A DNA stretch of 64,000 bases from positions 1 through 64,000 of IMG/VR virus record IMGVR_UViG_3300044911_003339; one strand, written 5' to 3'. Made by a program: the position numbers and the translations under genes. Shown in pieces: positions 63,017-64,000 of this stretch (position 1 is its first letter; each line of letters starts with the position of its first letter). Under the pieces are notes generated by a model. It worked only from the letters and a program-made list of their open reading frames with translations, made no database searches and was not told where the DNA came from. Origin of the DNA: a virus.

Positions 63017-63026
63017 AGGAGTCCCC

Positions 63027-63680
63027 ATGCCGCTCCCGCGCATGCGCACTGACGGTGCGCAGCCCATCACGAACGATGGCACCGTGCCGATGGCGGCTCC
63101 GCTGTCTCTCGGCGGGAATCGTATCGAGCGCCTGGGGCCTCCGACGCAGCCCGACGATGCGGCTCGACTGGCGGACGTGAGCGGGGGCGGGGCTGCGGAT
63201 GAGGTGACCTACGACGATTCCGCGGTCTCGCCTCCACTGGGAGCGGCCGATGTGCAGGGCGCGCTCGACGCCGTGAAGGGAGACCTCGCAGATCGCGCAA
63301 CGAGCAGCGCGAGCACCTACGCACCAACCATCACGCCCGTCACGCCCGGCACGCTGGTCGCTGCTGCGGCAGCGAACTTCAGGTACTTCCGAATCGGCTC
63401 GATGGTTCACGTCATGGGCACGCTCAACGTGACCCCTGCCTCGCTGGCGGGCAACAACCAGATCGACATCTCGCTGCCTGTCGCAACCGCGAGCGTCGCT
63501 GACCTCACGGGCGTCGCAGCAGGCTCGTCTCTCCCCGGATCGAGCTTCGACGTGATGTTCGTCCACGGGCCTGTGGTCGGCTCGGGAGGCAACGCTCGCG
63601 TCTACTTCTCGCTCGCCATCGCGAACGCTCCGGGCACGCAGTTCAAGCTGCCCGTGAGCTTCTCCTACACCGTCTCGTGA
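63027..63680 (+). CDS. fibre-like structural protein
   Basis: DGTVPMAAPLSLGGNRI..LG.PT..DDAA; DVQGALD; YFRIGSMVHV...ISLPV. Confidence 0.65.
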   Translation: MPLPRMRTDGAQPITNDGTVPMAAPLSLGGNRIERLGPPTQPDDAARLADVSGGGAADEVTYDDSAVSPPLGAADVQGALDAVKGDLADRATSSASTYAPTITPVTPGTLVAAAAANFRYFRIGSMVHVMGTLNVTPASLAGNNQIDISLPVATASVADLTGVAAGSSLPGSSFDVMFVHGPVVGSGGNARVYFSLAIANAPGTQFKLPVSFSYTVS

Positions 63681-63705
63681 TCAACCCTCTTGCCGTGAGG
63701 TTTCA

Positions 63706-64000
63706 GTGGACGCAGCGACGAGCACGCTCATCACACAAGGTGGAATCTTCGGAGCGTTCTTCGTCTTCGTCACCATCCCTCTCGCGCTCTACGCGCGCAC
63801 GCTCGCTCAACGTCTCAACGAGGTGCAGGCCCAGCGCGTAGCAGATGCCCGTGAGGTGCGAGACACGCTTCTCGCCGTCACGGCTGAGTTCTCTGGGGCC
63901 TTGCGAGAGCAGGTCCGCACTTCGACTGAAGTGAAGGGGGTCTACGAGCGCACCGTAGCGACCCTCGAACGCGTGGAGAAGAGAATCGAGACGCTGGAAG
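63706..64000 (+). CDS. 3'-truncated holin-like membrane protein
   Basis: LITQGGIFGAFFVFVTIPLALY TM followed by coiled coil (BhlA-like layout). Confidence 0.5.
   Translation, partial: MDAATSTLITQGGIFGAFFVFVTIPLALYARTLAQRLNEVQAQRVADAREVRDTLLAVTAEFSGALREQVRTSTEVKGVYERTVATLERVEKRIETLE

Noticed and set aside
1-64000. Prophage or integrative element; alternative genetic code
   Set aside because: No integrase, att site or host genes in the window; standard code 11 gives dense, coupled ORFs.

Overview
A 64-kb segment of a large, GC-rich (roughly 68% by eye) tailed dsDNA phage. All credible genes lie on the + strand, mostly coupled by ATGA/GTGA overlaps. 1-12 kb is a replication/recombination block: family A DNA polymerase, UvsY-like protein, gp32-like SSB, RecA, a single-ORF SbcD-SbcC (Mre11-Rad50) fusion and RuvC. 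12-31 kb holds about 45 small accessory genes, including a lytic transglycosylase, a beta-class DNA MTase, MazG-like, HicA-like, Tad2/DUF2829, AAA+ ATPase, an NDT-like enzyme and a myxobacterial-style Cys-rich lipoprotein. 31-64 kb is the head module (TerL, portal, MuF, prohead protease, scaffold, SPO1/Twort-like major capsid). About 21 kb of that module encodes very large multi-domain proteins with ParB-like, zeta-toxin kinase, ART-fold, sigma70-like, HEXXH peptidase and SNF2 helicase domains. Three patterns stand out. (i) These large proteins are punctuated at domain boundaries by the hydrophobic-x-K-[S/A/G] site also seen in capsid and scaffold, and share short recurring peptide tags. This suggests protease-processed, head-packaged effector polyproteins, one carrying a sigma factor. 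(ii) A 10-bp motif AATCG[T/G]GTA[A/G] sits 8-10 nt before start codons or Shine-Dalgarno sequences across the early/middle region, a candidate phage-specific promoter. (iii) GAWTC is about 5-fold over-represented while several 6-bp palindromes appear avoided, in a genome encoding an orphan MTase and a histone-H1-like/DUF2924(RAMA-like) protein. Domain calls come from motif recognition by eye; no database searches were run. Host assignment to Myxococcota is an inference.
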